A DNA stretch of 64,000 nucleotides from assembly GCA_015059405.1 (NCBI GenBank), contig SVAL01000004.1, positions 25,817 to 89,816 of the forward strand. Direction: 5' to 3'. A model generated the notes under the pieces. It had not been told where the DNA came from. It made no database searches and worked only from the letters and a program-made list of their open reading frames with translations. This DNA is from Bacillota bacterium (GTDB taxonomy: Bacteria > Bacillota_I > Bacilli_A > RF39 > UBA660). Of this stretch, positions 1 to 9,173 are shown one piece after another. The position numbers and the translations under genes were made by a program. Every line of letters begins with the position of its first letter. Within the stretch, counting starts at the first letter, position 1.

Positions 1-325
1 TCAATAATAAACTAATCTTATTATAAAAATTCTCTAAAGAAATATATTCTTCCATAACATTTTTATCATTAGTAATTACTTTTAATTCTATTAATCCCTT
101 ACCATTAAGAATACCTATCATATTCATAAGATCATTTATTTTAAGACCTAGTTCATTACTAATTCTATTTAAATCAAATAAAACAAGTTCCCCTTCATTA
201 TATAAATACATCATAAGCATAAATTCATCCATAGATATATCTAACTTATCTTTTAACTTATATAAATATAAAGGTATAACTACATTCTTACTTTTAACAA
301 TATCAACTAACATCTTATTTTTCAT
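1..325 (-). CDS. DnaD-like replication initiation/helicase-loader protein, N-terminal part (gene runs off the left edge)
   Basis: Absent from the supplied ORF track because it is truncated by the window edge. ATG at 323-325 (minus) follows AGGTGG. My translation MKNKMLVDIVKSKNVVIPLYLYKLKDKLDISMDEFMLMMYLYNEGELVLFDLNRISNELGLKINDLMNMIGILNGKGLIELKV... stays open to position 2. The pattern resembles the winged-helix N-domain of DnaD/DnaB-type loaders. Family call is from memory only. Confidence 0.4.
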   Translation of the reverse strand, partial: MKNKMLVDIVKSKNVVIPLYLYKLKDKLDISMDEFMLMMYLYNEGELVLFDLNRISNELGLKINDLMNMIGILNGKGLIELKVITNDKNVMEEYISLENFYNKISLLL

Positions 326-333
326 AAAACCAC

Positions 334-1422
334 CTACTTATATGTAGATACTAAATAATCCACTATGTCTTCATAATTATTTAATACTTTACCACATAAT
401 ATATTATTTATCAAATCTTCATATATTTCCTTTATCTTTTTAGAAGGTTCCATGTTTAATAAACCCATTATTTGATTAGAAGTAATATTAACTTCATCTT
501 TTGTCTTAATTGGAATACTATCATATTTATTCGCAATTAACTTACGATCTATCCCTTTTAAACTACCAGCAATTATATTTACATATAACCCATACTTAAA
601 CAATACTTTATTATCAAGATTATCTAACTTTCTAACTTCTCTAATTTTTTCTATTAAATCTTTCTCATTCTTACTAAAAGGATAATTACCATTAACCTCA
701 ATACTTGACCATATTCCAATTAAATCAGTACTATATACACAATGTCTAAAATCAAGTTCTAACTCTTTATCAAGACCAAGTTCAACAATTATATCAATAC
801 CTCTTTTTACATTAGTATGACAAAATATTTTATCAAGTTCATCCTTCTTTCTTTGATAAGAAAGCCTTGACAACTCACTCTTAGTCTGAATTATCGCAAG
901 TCTTGTTTCTTCACTCAAATCAAAATTAAGAGTTGTATAAAATCTAATCGCTCTTAAAATTCTAAGTGGATCTTCCATAAATCTACTTATAGCTTCCCCT
1001 ACTGTATTAATAACCCTTTTATTTATATCATCTTTACCATCTAATAAATCTATTACATTACCATTTTTATCCATACATAAAGTATTCATAAGAAAATCTC
1101 TTCGCATTAAATCTTCCTTTAAATCCTTTATATATTCTACTTCCATAGGCTTACGATTATTATAATAACTAATCTCTTTTCTAAAAGTCATAATATCAAA
1201 TCTATGTTTTTTAATATCAACTCTAACTGCCCCATAATCCATTCTAGGTAAAGTAATATTATCAAATATCATCTTTATATCCTTAGGAGTAGCATCTGTA
1301 CAAATATCAACATCATTCGTAACATTACCAAGTAAATAATCTCTAACAAATCCACCAACTATATATGCCTTAAAACCATGTTCTTCTATTTTTTCTAATA
1401 CTTTTAACGCAACATCTAACAT
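334..1422 (-). CDS. cca: CCA-adding tRNA nucleotidyltransferase (poly(A) polymerase/CCA family)
   Basis: 362 aa. N-terminal GGFVRDYLLG...DVDI nucleotidyltransferase motif and RDF/RAIRF head-neck motifs typical of class II CCA enzymes. ATG preceded by GGAGG. Confidence 0.85.
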   Translation of the reverse strand: MLDVALKVLEKIEEHGFKAYIVGGFVRDYLLGNVTNDVDICTDATPKDIKMIFDNITLPRMDYGAVRVDIKKHRFDIMTFRKEISYYNNRKPMEVEYIKDLKEDLMRRDFLMNTLCMDKNGNVIDLLDGKDDINKRVINTVGEAISRFMEDPLRILRAIRFYTTLNFDLSEETRLAIIQTKSELSRLSYQRKKDELDKIFCHTNVKRGIDIIVELGLDKELELDFRHCVYSTDLIGIWSSIEVNGNYPFSKNEKDLIEKIREVRKLDNLDNKVLFKYGLYVNIIAGSLKGIDRKLIANKYDSIPIKTKDEVNITSNQIMGLLNMEPSKKIKEIYEDLINNILCGKVLNNYEDIVDYLVSTYK

Positions 1423-1461
1423 ACTCTACCTCCTAATAAAATTATATCATAATAAGCCCCA

Positions 1462-1488
1462 CAAAAAAACAGGGGTTAGGCCCTGTTT
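1462..1488 (-). terminator. Rho-independent terminator downstream of hup
   Basis: Stem AAACAGGG / CCCTGTTT (1467-1474 / 1481-1488) with a 6-nt loop, followed on the minus strand by a T-run (A-run 1462-1469 on plus). Confidence 0.8.
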
Positions 1489-1500
1489 ACAGTACAAATC

Positions 1501-1773
1501 TTAGTTTACTGCGTCTTTTAATGCTGAACCAGCTTTAAAAGTAACTGCATTTCTAGCAGCGATTTTAACTGTTTCACCAGTTTGAGGATTACGTCCTTCT
1601 CTAGCTGCTCTTTTAGAAACTGCAAAAGTTCCGAAACCAACTAGTGGTACTTTATCTCCATCTTTTAATGCTCCAGTGATTGCTGCAAATGTTGCATCAA
1701 TAGCACGAGTTGCATCTGCTTTAGTTAATCCTGTAGCTTCTGCTACTGCTTCTACTAATTCTACTTTTTTCAT
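1501..1773 (-). CDS. hup: DNA-binding protein HU
   Basis: MKKVELVEAVAEATGLTKADATRAIDATFAAITGALKDGDKVPLVGFGTFAVSKRAAREGRNPQTGE..IKIAA is a textbook HU/IHF sequence. I trimmed the track ORF to the ATG at 1771-1773, which has GGAGGT upstream. Locally higher GC fits a highly expressed gene. Confidence 0.95.
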   Translation of the reverse strand: MKKVELVEAVAEATGLTKADATRAIDATFAAITGALKDGDKVPLVGFGTFAVSKRAAREGRNPQTGETVKIAARNAVTFKAGSALKDAVN

Positions 1774-1925
1774 AATAATTATTACCTCCGTTATTTTGTT
1801 TAAGCACATTATGCTTACATATATAAATTAACATATTTTATAGGCCTTTGCAATTATTTTTATATCGATTTTATTAAAAAAACCTTATTTTATATGTCTT
1901 TTGACAAAATAACTTGATATTTATA

Positions 1926-3302
1926 TTATAAAATTGTCTTTATATCAAAAACACTTGTTTCTTTTGCATTTCTACTAGGCATATCCATCTTAATAGTTTC
2001 ATATCCATAATCTATTTGATAATCAGGAAGTAACTTAGTTTTAAAAGGCATCATTCTAGGTATTAACACAATAGCTTCGAAGTTATTAAATATCTTTAAT
2101 TCTTCTACAGTAATTAAAGGTTCAATATTTCCATCTACTACTTCATTACCACATAATTTACTAATTTCCTCTAAAGTCATTAAATCATTTGCAAGAAGAT
2201 ATACTAAATTACCAAAACACATCTTAATAATTTCAGCATTTTCTTCTCCATATGTACTAACTAAATCTATATAACTCTTTATAAATACAGTTAATCTAAT
2301 TCTTATACTTCTAGTATAATTAATAATCTTACTAAAATTCTTAATTGGTAATAAATGTTCAAACTCATCTAATAAAACATTATTAATGATTTGTCTATCT
2401 CCATATAAATCAATACTATTAATTATTTGACTAACAAGAAGTGGTATAAAACTATTACTAAAAGTATTCTTACCACTAACAATAAATAATGCTGTTTTCT
2501 CTTTACCAATACTAGTAATATCAAAATCACTATGACTCATCATTTCACAAAGATTTTCTCTAGTAATATATCTCTTAATCTTTTGATTAAATACAGATAT
2601 AATACTACCTCTAGTTTCATTAGGCGCTAGTAAAGTACCAGATAAATTAAAATAAATACTAGAATTTTTATCAATACTATTCATTAATAAATCAAAATAA
2701 CTAATACCATTTTTCTTATCTACCCCATTAGCAGAAATATTATAAATACTATTTAAATTAATTTCTTCTTCTTTACCATTTTCAAATAAATATAGGGTAA
2801 GACCAGTAAAATAATCTATAGTAGAGTTAACCCAAAAAGGATCTCCTCCTTTGTCTAGTTTATCAGTAAAAATATAATATCCAATATCTTCAATCATTTC
2901 TAAAGCACGATCTTTATCCCCTTCTTTATACAACTTATATGGAAAAGAAAGTGGATTCCAAGAATTACCTAAAGTAGGATTTTCAAAATCAACAACAAAT
3001 ACTTTATAACCATCTTTAATAAGTTTATCAGCAGTCATATTATATAACTCACCTTTAACATCATTAACAATAAGATTATTTCCAGCCATCATAGAAAGCC
3101 TAATCATAGGTAAAGTAATACTTTGTGTTTTACCACATCCAGTAGATCCAATTACTAAAGAATGACATTCTCTATCATCAATGTATAAGTAATTATCATC
3201 ATACATAATAGGTAAACCACTCTTCACAACACCAGTTTCTAAATTAACTCCTTTCGCATATTTTTTCATTTCTTCAACAGTAGACCATCTCGCATATTTC
3301 AT
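1926..3302 (-). CDS. TraG/VirD4-family (type IV coupling-protein-like) P-loop ATPase with no N-terminal membrane anchor
   Basis: Walker A VIGSTGCGKTQS. Walker B-like VLLDEFEHLLPIKNF. Downstream TRSIRIRLTVFIKSYIDLVSTYG resembles the conserved R-S...QS..QL..YG block of TraG/TraD/VirD4. No hydrophobic N-terminal helices. Start trimmed to MKYARW (ATG 3300-3302, GGGAGG upstream). Confidence 0.7.
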   Translation of the reverse strand: MKYARWSTVEEMKKYAKGVNLETGVVKSGLPIMYDDNYLYIDDRECHSLVIGSTGCGKTQSITLPMIRLSMMAGNNLIVNDVKGELYNMTADKLIKDGYKVFVVDFENPTLGNSWNPLSFPYKLYKEGDKDRALEMIEDIGYYIFTDKLDKGGDPFWVNSTIDYFTGLTLYLFENGKEEEINLNSIYNISANGVDKKNGISYFDLLMNSIDKNSSIYFNLSGTLLAPNETRGSIISVFNQKIKRYITRENLCEMMSHSDFDITSIGKEKTALFIVSGKNTFSNSFIPLLVSQIINSIDLYGDRQIINNVLLDEFEHLLPIKNFSKIINYTRSIRIRLTVFIKSYIDLVSTYGEENAEIIKMCFGNLVYLLANDLMTLEEISKLCGNEVVDGNIEPLITVEELKIFNNFEAIVLIPRMMPFKTKLLPDYQIDYGYETIKMDMPSRNAKETSVFDIKTIL

Positions 3303-3390
3303 TATAATTCCTCCCTTACAACTACTAATATACACTACATTTAAACTAAAACTTAAACAATAATGGTATTTTTATAAAAAATATGTTATA

Positions 3391-3876
3391 ATGAAGCCGG
3401 TGATACATATGTATTCAAAAAAACTCATATGCGATATCTTAGAATATATAGATAATAATATTAATAAAGATATATCTATAGATGAATTATCTAACATCTT
3501 CTTCTTTGATAAATACTATATAATGAAACTTTTTAAAAAAGAACTAAATATAACCATCATTAACTATATCAATAGTATGCGTATATATAATTGCCTTTTA
3601 GATTTTAAATATGATAATCAAATAATAAGAATAGCTTTAAATAATGGCTTTAACTCCTTAGAGTATTTTTCAGAAACATTCAAAAATATCATAAAAGTAT
3701 CCCCAAGAGTTTATAAAAATTTTATAAAAAGAAATGACAAATTATCCCTTGAAAAAATAATAAATATTAGAATAAGTTTATCTAATCTTCAATATTTAAA
3801 AGATAGAATAACTGCATATAAAAACAATAAAAAACCAGAAAAAGCACAAATTAAAACACTTACTATTTTCAAATAA
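3391..3876 (+). CDS. AraC-family HTH transcriptional regulator (small)
   Basis: Two helix-turn-helix units: ISIDELSNIFFFDKYYIMKLFKKELNITIINYINSMRI and IIRIALNNGFNSLEYFSETFKNIIKVSPRVYKN. The real start may be the ATG at 3409 (GGTGA upstream), because TATAAT at 3386-3391 overlaps the first ATG. Confidence 0.75.
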   Translation: MKPVIHMYSKKLICDILEYIDNNINKDISIDELSNIFFFDKYYIMKLFKKELNITIINYINSMRIYNCLLDFKYDNQIIRIALNNGFNSLEYFSETFKNIIKVSPRVYKNFIKRNDKLSLEKIINIRISLSNLQYLKDRITAYKNNKKPEKAQIKTLTIFK

Positions 3877-3879
3877 AAA

Positions 3880-3900
3880 AACCTAGATATTATCTAGGTT
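3880..3900. terminator. Bidirectional hairpin between the convergent AraC-like gene and the 159-aa ORF
   Basis: AACCTAGA-TATTA-TCTAGGTT, flanked by an A-run on the left and a T-run on the right. Confidence 0.65.
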
Positions 3901-4379
3901 TATTTTTTATTACTTTTTTCTATAACTTTAGGAATAGATGCCCCAATCATTCTATCTACAAACTCTAAATATCCAGAATAATCATTTTCCCCAGATAATC
4001 TAAAATTAGCAACAGATACAATTGTATCTTTAAAGAACCTAACTCCACTTTTACATTCATAATCATAGCCAGATTCTTTATCTTCAACCGGACTAAACTT
4101 AGCTGATGCAACTATTAAATTTCCAAATGTTACAAAATCAGACAAACTATCATCATCACTTTTTATATATTCAATTAAATTAGAAAAACCAAGTCCACTT
4201 GAATAAGCTAAATCATCTTTATTAGGTAAAGAACTTCTACTAACTATCTCAGGATACATTTTATAATCATCTGGTAAATTCATCATATAAGAATGATCAT
4301 CTATTTTTTCAAGTTCTATCCCAACCTCTTCTGCAGCTTCAAAATCTTCTTCATAACTATCATATACTAATACTTTCAT
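3900..4379 (-). CDS. Hypothetical acidic cytoplasmic protein
   Basis: 159-aa ORF. ATG preceded by GAGGT. No signal peptide and no motif I recognise. Confidence 0.5.
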   Translation of the reverse strand: MKVLVYDSYEEDFEAAEEVGIELEKIDDHSYMMNLPDDYKMYPEIVSRSSLPNKDDLAYSSGLGFSNLIEYIKSDDDSLSDFVTFGNLIVASAKFSPVEDKESGYDYECKSGVRFFKDTIVSVANFRLSGENDYSGYLEFVDRMIGASIPKVIEKSNKK

Positions 4380-4419
4380 ATTGCTACCTCACTCTATAAT
4401 AAAAATATCATATTTTTAC

Positions 4420-5895
4420 TTATAAAACAATGGCAATCATATTATTACTTCCTTTATTTACAACTTTAGTAAGAGTATTTTGTAGTTTAAATCTAATATT
4501 ATCTGGCATCATATTAATCTTAGATTGAATACCTTCTTTAACAATATTGTCTAAACTTCTCCCAAATATTTCACTATGCCAAATACTCTCTGGTTCGCGA
4601 TCATAGTCTTTCATTATATAATCAATTAATTCCTTACTTTGTGCCTCACTCCCAATTATTGGTTCAAAACTACTTTGAACATCTACCCTAATCATATGAA
4701 TAGATGGTGCGATAGCCTTTAATTTAACACCAAATCTAGAGCCTTGTTTAACAACTTCTGGTTTTTCTAACTTCATATCAGAAAGACTCGGAGTAGCAAC
4801 ACCATATCCTGTTTGTTTTACCATTCTAAGTGCATATTTAATTTGATCATATTCACATTTTGCTTCATTAAAATCTTGAAATAACGATAATAACTCCGCT
4901 TTATTACTAACATCAATCTTAATAATATCCGTAAGAGCTTTACTATATAAATCACAAGGTGCTTCTAATGATACAATAACCTCACCAGTAGAAGGATCAA
5001 CATTAGATAAATATGCTTTTTCTATATTTTCATTTTCTAAAAATCCCTTTGTGATATTATCAATATCTCTTAATTTATCAACTTCGACTACACTATTTTT
5101 AATACTTTCAATATAACTATTCTTAATAGTATTTTTATTATTTAAAATTGCAATCCATTCCGGCATATTAACTTTAACTTCTAAAATAGGAAATTCATAT
5201 AACGCTTCTCTTAAAATATCATATATCTCATTCTCACTAATATTTTCTACACTAACAGGTACAACTGGAACATTATGTTCTTTTCTTAACGATTCCGCTA
5301 AACGAATTGTTTCTGGAAGTGTTGGATGAGTAGAATTTAATACTACAATAAATGGTTTACCTATTTCTTTTAATTCTGAAATAACTCTATTTTCAGCTTC
5401 TAAATAATCACTTCTTGTAAACTCACCAATACTACCATCAGTAGTAACCACAATACCAATAGTTGAATGTTCCTTAATAACTTTTTCTGTTCCCATTTCT
5501 GCTGCTTCAATAAATGGAACTTCTCCATCAACCCAAGGACACTTTACCATTCTAGGACCATTTTCATCCTCAGCGCCTTTGCAATTATCAATTAAATAAC
5601 CAACACAATCAATAAGTCTAATATTACAAGAAAAATCATCTATCTCTACCTTAGCTGCATTATTAGGAACAAATTTAGGTTCAATAGTCATAATAGTTTT
5701 ACCAGACGCACTTTGTGGAAGTTCATCCAAAGCTCTTTTCTTTTCATATTCATCCTTAATATAAGGAACAACTAAATGTTCAATAAATTTTTTTATAAAA
5801 GTACTTTTACCAGTTCTAACACCACCAACAATACCTAAATATATATCTCCACCAGTTCTTAATGCTATATTTTTAATTAATTCTTTTTTATCCAT
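4420..5895 (-). CDS. spoIVA: Stage IV sporulation protein A (spore coat morphogenetic ATPase)
   Basis: 491 aa. N-terminus RTGGDIYLGIVGGVRTGKSTFIKKF (Walker A) and overall length match SpoIVA. Confidence 0.95.
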   Translation of the reverse strand: MDKKELIKNIALRTGGDIYLGIVGGVRTGKSTFIKKFIEHLVVPYIKDEYEKKRALDELPQSASGKTIMTIEPKFVPNNAAKVEIDDFSCNIRLIDCVGYLIDNCKGAEDENGPRMVKCPWVDGEVPFIEAAEMGTEKVIKEHSTIGIVVTTDGSIGEFTRSDYLEAENRVISELKEIGKPFIVVLNSTHPTLPETIRLAESLRKEHNVPVVPVSVENISENEIYDILREALYEFPILEVKVNMPEWIAILNNKNTIKNSYIESIKNSVVEVDKLRDIDNITKGFLENENIEKAYLSNVDPSTGEVIVSLEAPCDLYSKALTDIIKIDVSNKAELLSLFQDFNEAKCEYDQIKYALRMVKQTGYGVATPSLSDMKLEKPEVVKQGSRFGVKLKAIAPSIHMIRVDVQSSFEPIIGSEAQSKELIDYIMKDYDREPESIWHSEIFGRSLDNIVKEGIQSKINMMPDNIRFKLQNTLTKVVNKGSNNMIAIVL

Positions 5896-5976
5896 ATTTC
5901 ACTCTCTTTTCTATCTTTCATTTAAGACTATGAAATATATAATAAAAAAATGATAAAAATAAATAAAAAAAGAGCC

Positions 5977-7080
5977 TTAGCTCTTTTTAGACTTTTTATT
6001 ATTCTTAATACTAATCTTTTTACTTCTATCACTCATATCTATATGTTCATAATTAAGACCAAGTGTATATAAATAAACATCCTTTTCATCAATAACATAA
6101 AATAAACTTTCTTTTTTATCATCATCTTCATATAAATTAATTTTCAACTCATCTTTAATCATACAAAGTCTAGCAAGTTCACCACAAGTAAGAACGTCTA
6201 TTACTTCTTTATTCTTAAAGTCTGGCTTTTTATCAACACTCTTAATATATTTACCATATCTTCTCTTTAAGATAGCTAACTTTCTATAATAATCATCAAT
6301 GTTTATTAAATTAAACAATGAAATATAAGATAAAATAGTAAGCGGTATTAATGATAAAGTAACAAGACCAGAAACAACAAATAAATAACCATTAAACTTT
6401 TCATCTACTTCATAATGATCTATTACACTTCTATTTACACTCTTATCATTAGTAGTAGTTACACTAACTACTTTTTTAGTTAATGGAATACTTAAAGATA
6501 AAATTTGTTCATCATTAACTTTATTCTTATATCCTTCTACACTTAAACTACTATCTACTCTAACATCAACACGTAACTTTACATCATATCCTGTTAATTC
6601 ATTAAATTCTTTAGCTCTAGAATATAAATTACTAATATCAATAATAACACTATCTTTTACTTTAACTTCTAAAACATCTGTTGAATATTCTGACATACGT
6701 GGTAATACTTCTTCTTTATATTGCCAAACTACTTCTCCATCATAATTAGAAACTAATTCTAAATTAACACTATATCCAGCTTCACCTGAGAAAAATTTAC
6801 TTCCTGATAATTCATAATCAAAATAAATTTGTAAAGTATCCATAAGAGATGTTACATATCTATTTTTTTCATTTGCTTCTTCTGATGTATAAAACTGATT
6901 ATCTTTTAAAGTTACCTCATAATCTATATTATTATTTACTTTATAAGTAATAACCTTTTCAGTTGCAGTAGACTTAGCTGTAAAACAATCAACTAACACC
7001 CATAACATTAAAACCAAACAACATGTTGATAAAAACGCAAGTATTATTCTAACAAACTTTCTAATCTTAATCTCTAACAT
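5977..7080 (-). CDS. Single-pass membrane protein, DUF5305-like partner of SipW operons
   Basis: N-terminal TM helix, a large beta-rich ectodomain, a second TM helix around residue 230 and a K-rich tail. It lies immediately downstream of the SipW-type peptidase. The DUF5305 assignment is from memory of this gene context. Confidence 0.5.
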   Translation of the reverse strand: MLEIKIRKFVRIILAFLSTCCLVLMLWVLVDCFTAKSTATEKVITYKVNNNIDYEVTLKDNQFYTSEEANEKNRYVTSLMDTLQIYFDYELSGSKFFSGEAGYSVNLELVSNYDGEVVWQYKEEVLPRMSEYSTDVLEVKVKDSVIIDISNLYSRAKEFNELTGYDVKLRVDVRVDSSLSVEGYKNKVNDEQILSLSIPLTKKVVSVTTTNDKSVNRSVIDHYEVDEKFNGYLFVVSGLVTLSLIPLTILSYISLFNLINIDDYYRKLAILKRRYGKYIKSVDKKPDFKNKEVIDVLTCGELARLCMIKDELKINLYEDDDKKESLFYVIDEKDVYLYTLGLNYEHIDMSDRSKKISIKNNKKSKKS

Positions 7081-7090
7081 ATTCTTCCTC

Positions 7091-8239
7091 CTACTTAACT
7101 AATGAATTTAACCAAACAGATGGCCATCCAACATACTTAACACTAAAACAAATTATTCCTTCAACCATATAATCATGAACCTTCCATTCATCATTAGTTA
7201 AATTATTATCCCCTTTTGTATAAAAGATATAAGAACCATTAACTTCCTCAATCTCAATAACACGATGTGTTATATACCTACCATCATATTTATAATAAAT
7301 AACATCATCTTTCTTTATCCTAGATAAATCATCTTTATCTATCTTTTCAACAACAACCGCATCTCCCTTAGAAAAAGATCCTTTCATACTATTAGATAAA
7401 ATAGCTATTGGTTGATACTTAAATATTCCTACTACAAATAATACAAATATAACAGTAATACCAAACAAGCAATAAGTACCTAAAGTATTTCCCTGTTTAA
7501 TCTTTCTCTTTCTTATTCTTTTTTCCTCTAAATCAACCAAATAATCAATTGAAAATACAAGTATAATTAAAAGAATAAGTAAAAACAAATTATTAACTAA
7601 CCAATTTAAATTAGGTATAATTGGTGAAAACAAAACAATTCCACTTAAAATACCACGATATATATAATTAGGAAGAGATCCTATTCTATATATTAAATAA
7701 CTAGATGTAATATTAGTAATAATAATAGGTACTAAATCTTTAAATAAATATTCAAATCCACTAATACTAGAATTAATTCTAAATAAAGAATTAAACTCTA
7801 TATCTAATAAAACAAATAAACCAGTAATTAATATTAAATTAGTCTTTTTCTTAGTAGTAAATATCATTCTATATCTAATGTATTCTTTTAATAAAACAAC
7901 ACTAAAATAAGCAATAAAATTACTAATAATACCACTAATACTTAAAGAATAACCACTCTTTAAAAAACCAAATACTAATCCAGATAGATAATAAATAATA
8001 CAATAAGAAATAATAATAATAATAACATTCTGATTCTTAGTATATTTATTTCTATTTCTAATATTAAATCCTTTAGTTATATAATAAGTAACTAAAGATA
8101 TAAATAATAATAATAAAGGACTTAAATATAAAAATAATTTAGACGTCGTAAAACTTATAAAAAAACTAATAATAAAATATATAAATAACAATATATAAAT
8201 TGGTATTAATCTTTTATTAGTATCACTCATACCTATCAT
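7091..8239 (-). CDS. SipW-type (archaeal/ER-type) signal peptidase I fused to a roughly 270-aa polytopic N-terminal membrane domain
   Basis: The C-terminal roughly 110 aa (AILSNSMKGSFSKGDAVVVEK...YITHRVIEI...TKGDNN) carry the S26 Ser and His boxes of SipW-like peptidases. About 8 hydrophobic helices precede them. The alternative ATG at 8230 is equally possible. Confidence 0.75.
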   Translation of the reverse strand: MIGMSDTNKRLIPIYILLFIYFIISFFISFTTSKLFLYLSPLLLLFISLVTYYITKGFNIRNRNKYTKNQNVIIIIISYCIIYYLSGLVFGFLKSGYSLSISGIISNFIAYFSVVLLKEYIRYRMIFTTKKKTNLILITGLFVLLDIEFNSLFRINSSISGFEYLFKDLVPIIITNITSSYLIYRIGSLPNYIYRGILSGIVLFSPIIPNLNWLVNNLFLLILLIILVFSIDYLVDLEEKRIRKRKIKQGNTLGTYCLFGITVIFVLFVVGIFKYQPIAILSNSMKGSFSKGDAVVVEKIDKDDLSRIKKDDVIYYKYDGRYITHRVIEIEEVNGSYIFYTKGDNNLTNDEWKVHDYMVEGIICFSVKYVGWPSVWLNSLVK

Positions 8240-8281
8240 CCCTTATTATCATAATTATATCATATTTAGAAATTAAGACAA

Positions 8282-8306
8282 TAAAAAAAGGACTTTTAAA
8301 AGTCCC
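8282..8306 (-). terminator. Hairpin plus T-run between the TasA-like gene and the sipW-like gene (possible internal attenuator)
   Basis: GGACTT-TTAA-AAGTCC, followed on the minus strand by TTTTTTT. Confidence 0.6.
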
Positions 8307-8311
8307 TTTTA

Positions 8312-8827
8312 TTATGAATTTTGTACGTAATTAAGAACTGTTGTTAAAGTAGCATTCATAGTAGTAGTAGAAACAACTTCACTAGAATATTGAACAGTTA
8401 CATTAAAACTAATACTTTCCCCTGCTTTTAATACACTATTTGAAGCAATACCATCATATGTAAAATTAACATATTGATTGTCATCAGTACCATATTCTGG
8501 TGTAACCTTTGAAGAAATAGAATCTAACCTAGCATCAATATTACCTGTATTTTCAACAGTTACAGTATAAGTAACACTATCTCCAGGTTGATATAAATCA
8601 GCAGCAAAAGTAGCAACAGTTAAATCAGCATTCGCAGAATTACTAGTACCAGTACCTTGTGTAGCTGTAGGAGTAATTCCTGTTATTTCAACACCCCAAT
8701 TACCTTTAACAGTACCTGTCCCACTAACTTCTAATTTTTGAGATAAAACCGCAAATGCACTTGACATACAAACAACCGCAATAAGCATAACAATGATTAA
8801 TATATCTTTCTTTTTTCTATTATCCAT
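8312..8827 (-). CDS. Small secreted protein with a SipW-cognate-type signal peptide (TasA/camelysin-like candidate fibre subunit)
   Basis: 171 aa. Basic N-terminus, a hydrophobic helix and AFAVLSQKLEVSGTGTV. T/S/N-rich beta-type sequence. Encoded directly upstream of the SipW-like peptidase, as in tasA-sipW-type operons. Confidence 0.55.
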   Translation of the reverse strand: MDNRKKKDILIIVMLIAVVCMSSAFAVLSQKLEVSGTGTVKGNWGVEITGITPTATQGTGTSNSANADLTVATFAADLYQPGDSVTYTVTVENTGNIDARLDSISSKVTPEYGTDDNQYVNFTYDGIASNSVLKAGESISFNVTVQYSSEVVSTTTMNATLTTVLNYVQNS

Positions 8828-8851
8828 TTTTTGTAGCCTCCTATACTAATA

Positions 8852-8880
8852 ATTTTAATATAGAAGAAATCTTTTGTCAA
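8852..8880 (-). promoter_or_regulatory. Sigma-A-type promoter for the TasA-like gene
   Basis: Minus strand reads TTGACA (8875-8880), a 17-nt spacer, then TAAAAT (8852-8857). It lies about 25 nt upstream of the AGGAGG RBS. Confidence 0.55.
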
Positions 8881-8887
8881 ACTACAA

Positions 8888-9127
8888 CTATATCATTTTA
8901 TCTAAATCTTTTGGAATTTTATCATTAATAATAGTTTCAATAATCTTATTAGTTTTTTCTTCACTAACTTCACGTCCAGCAACCAAACTAATTTCCTTAA
9001 TTAAATCACGTAAAACTTTCTCATCTTTCATATTAGAGTTTTGCACCTTAGAAGCTATTGATAAAATAGTATCTTTATTGACATTAGTCTTTTTCTCTAC
9101 CTTATTAAAAAAAGAATCTCCAAACAT
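8888..9127 (-). CDS. spoVIF: Stage VI sporulation protein F-like (SpoVIF/YjcC family)
   Basis: 79 aa. FFNKVEKKTNVNKDTILSIASKVQNSNMKDEKVLRDLIKEIS parallels B. subtilis YjcC (FFDNLEKKTGVN...LAGSLQNANFKDE..VR.LI) as I recall it. AGGAGG RBS. Confidence 0.7.
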   Translation of the reverse strand: MFGDSFFNKVEKKTNVNKDTILSIASKVQNSNMKDEKVLRDLIKEISLVAGREVSEEKTNKIIETIINDKIPKDLDKMI

Positions 9128-9173
9128 AAAAAACCTCCTACATAATTATATGTAAGAGGTTTTATTTTGTTAA

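Noticed and set aside
1501-1809. Locally elevated GC around hup, as a possible sign of horizontal acquisition. The track ORF also has a 12-codon N-terminal extension.
   Set aside because: HU is a highly expressed core gene whose amino-acid composition (Ala/Gly/Lys/Thr) raises GC. The extension precedes a perfect GGAGGT-ATG start, so the shorter CDS is used.
8874-9155. 93-aa plus-strand ORF overlapping spoVIF. The same applies to other antisense or embedded track ORFs: 9805-10020, 10251-10469, 10866-11075, 13459-13698, 22693-23016, 27349-27561, 27721-28101, 31483-31668, 33779-34048, 37534-37743, 49388-49588, 50031-50243, 59924-60109 and 61256-61651.
   Set aside because: Each lies inside or antisense to a longer ORF with clear family motifs. 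Each has low-complexity, Ile/Leu/Phe/Asn-rich translations typical of AT-rich non-coding frames, and lacks a convincing RBS.
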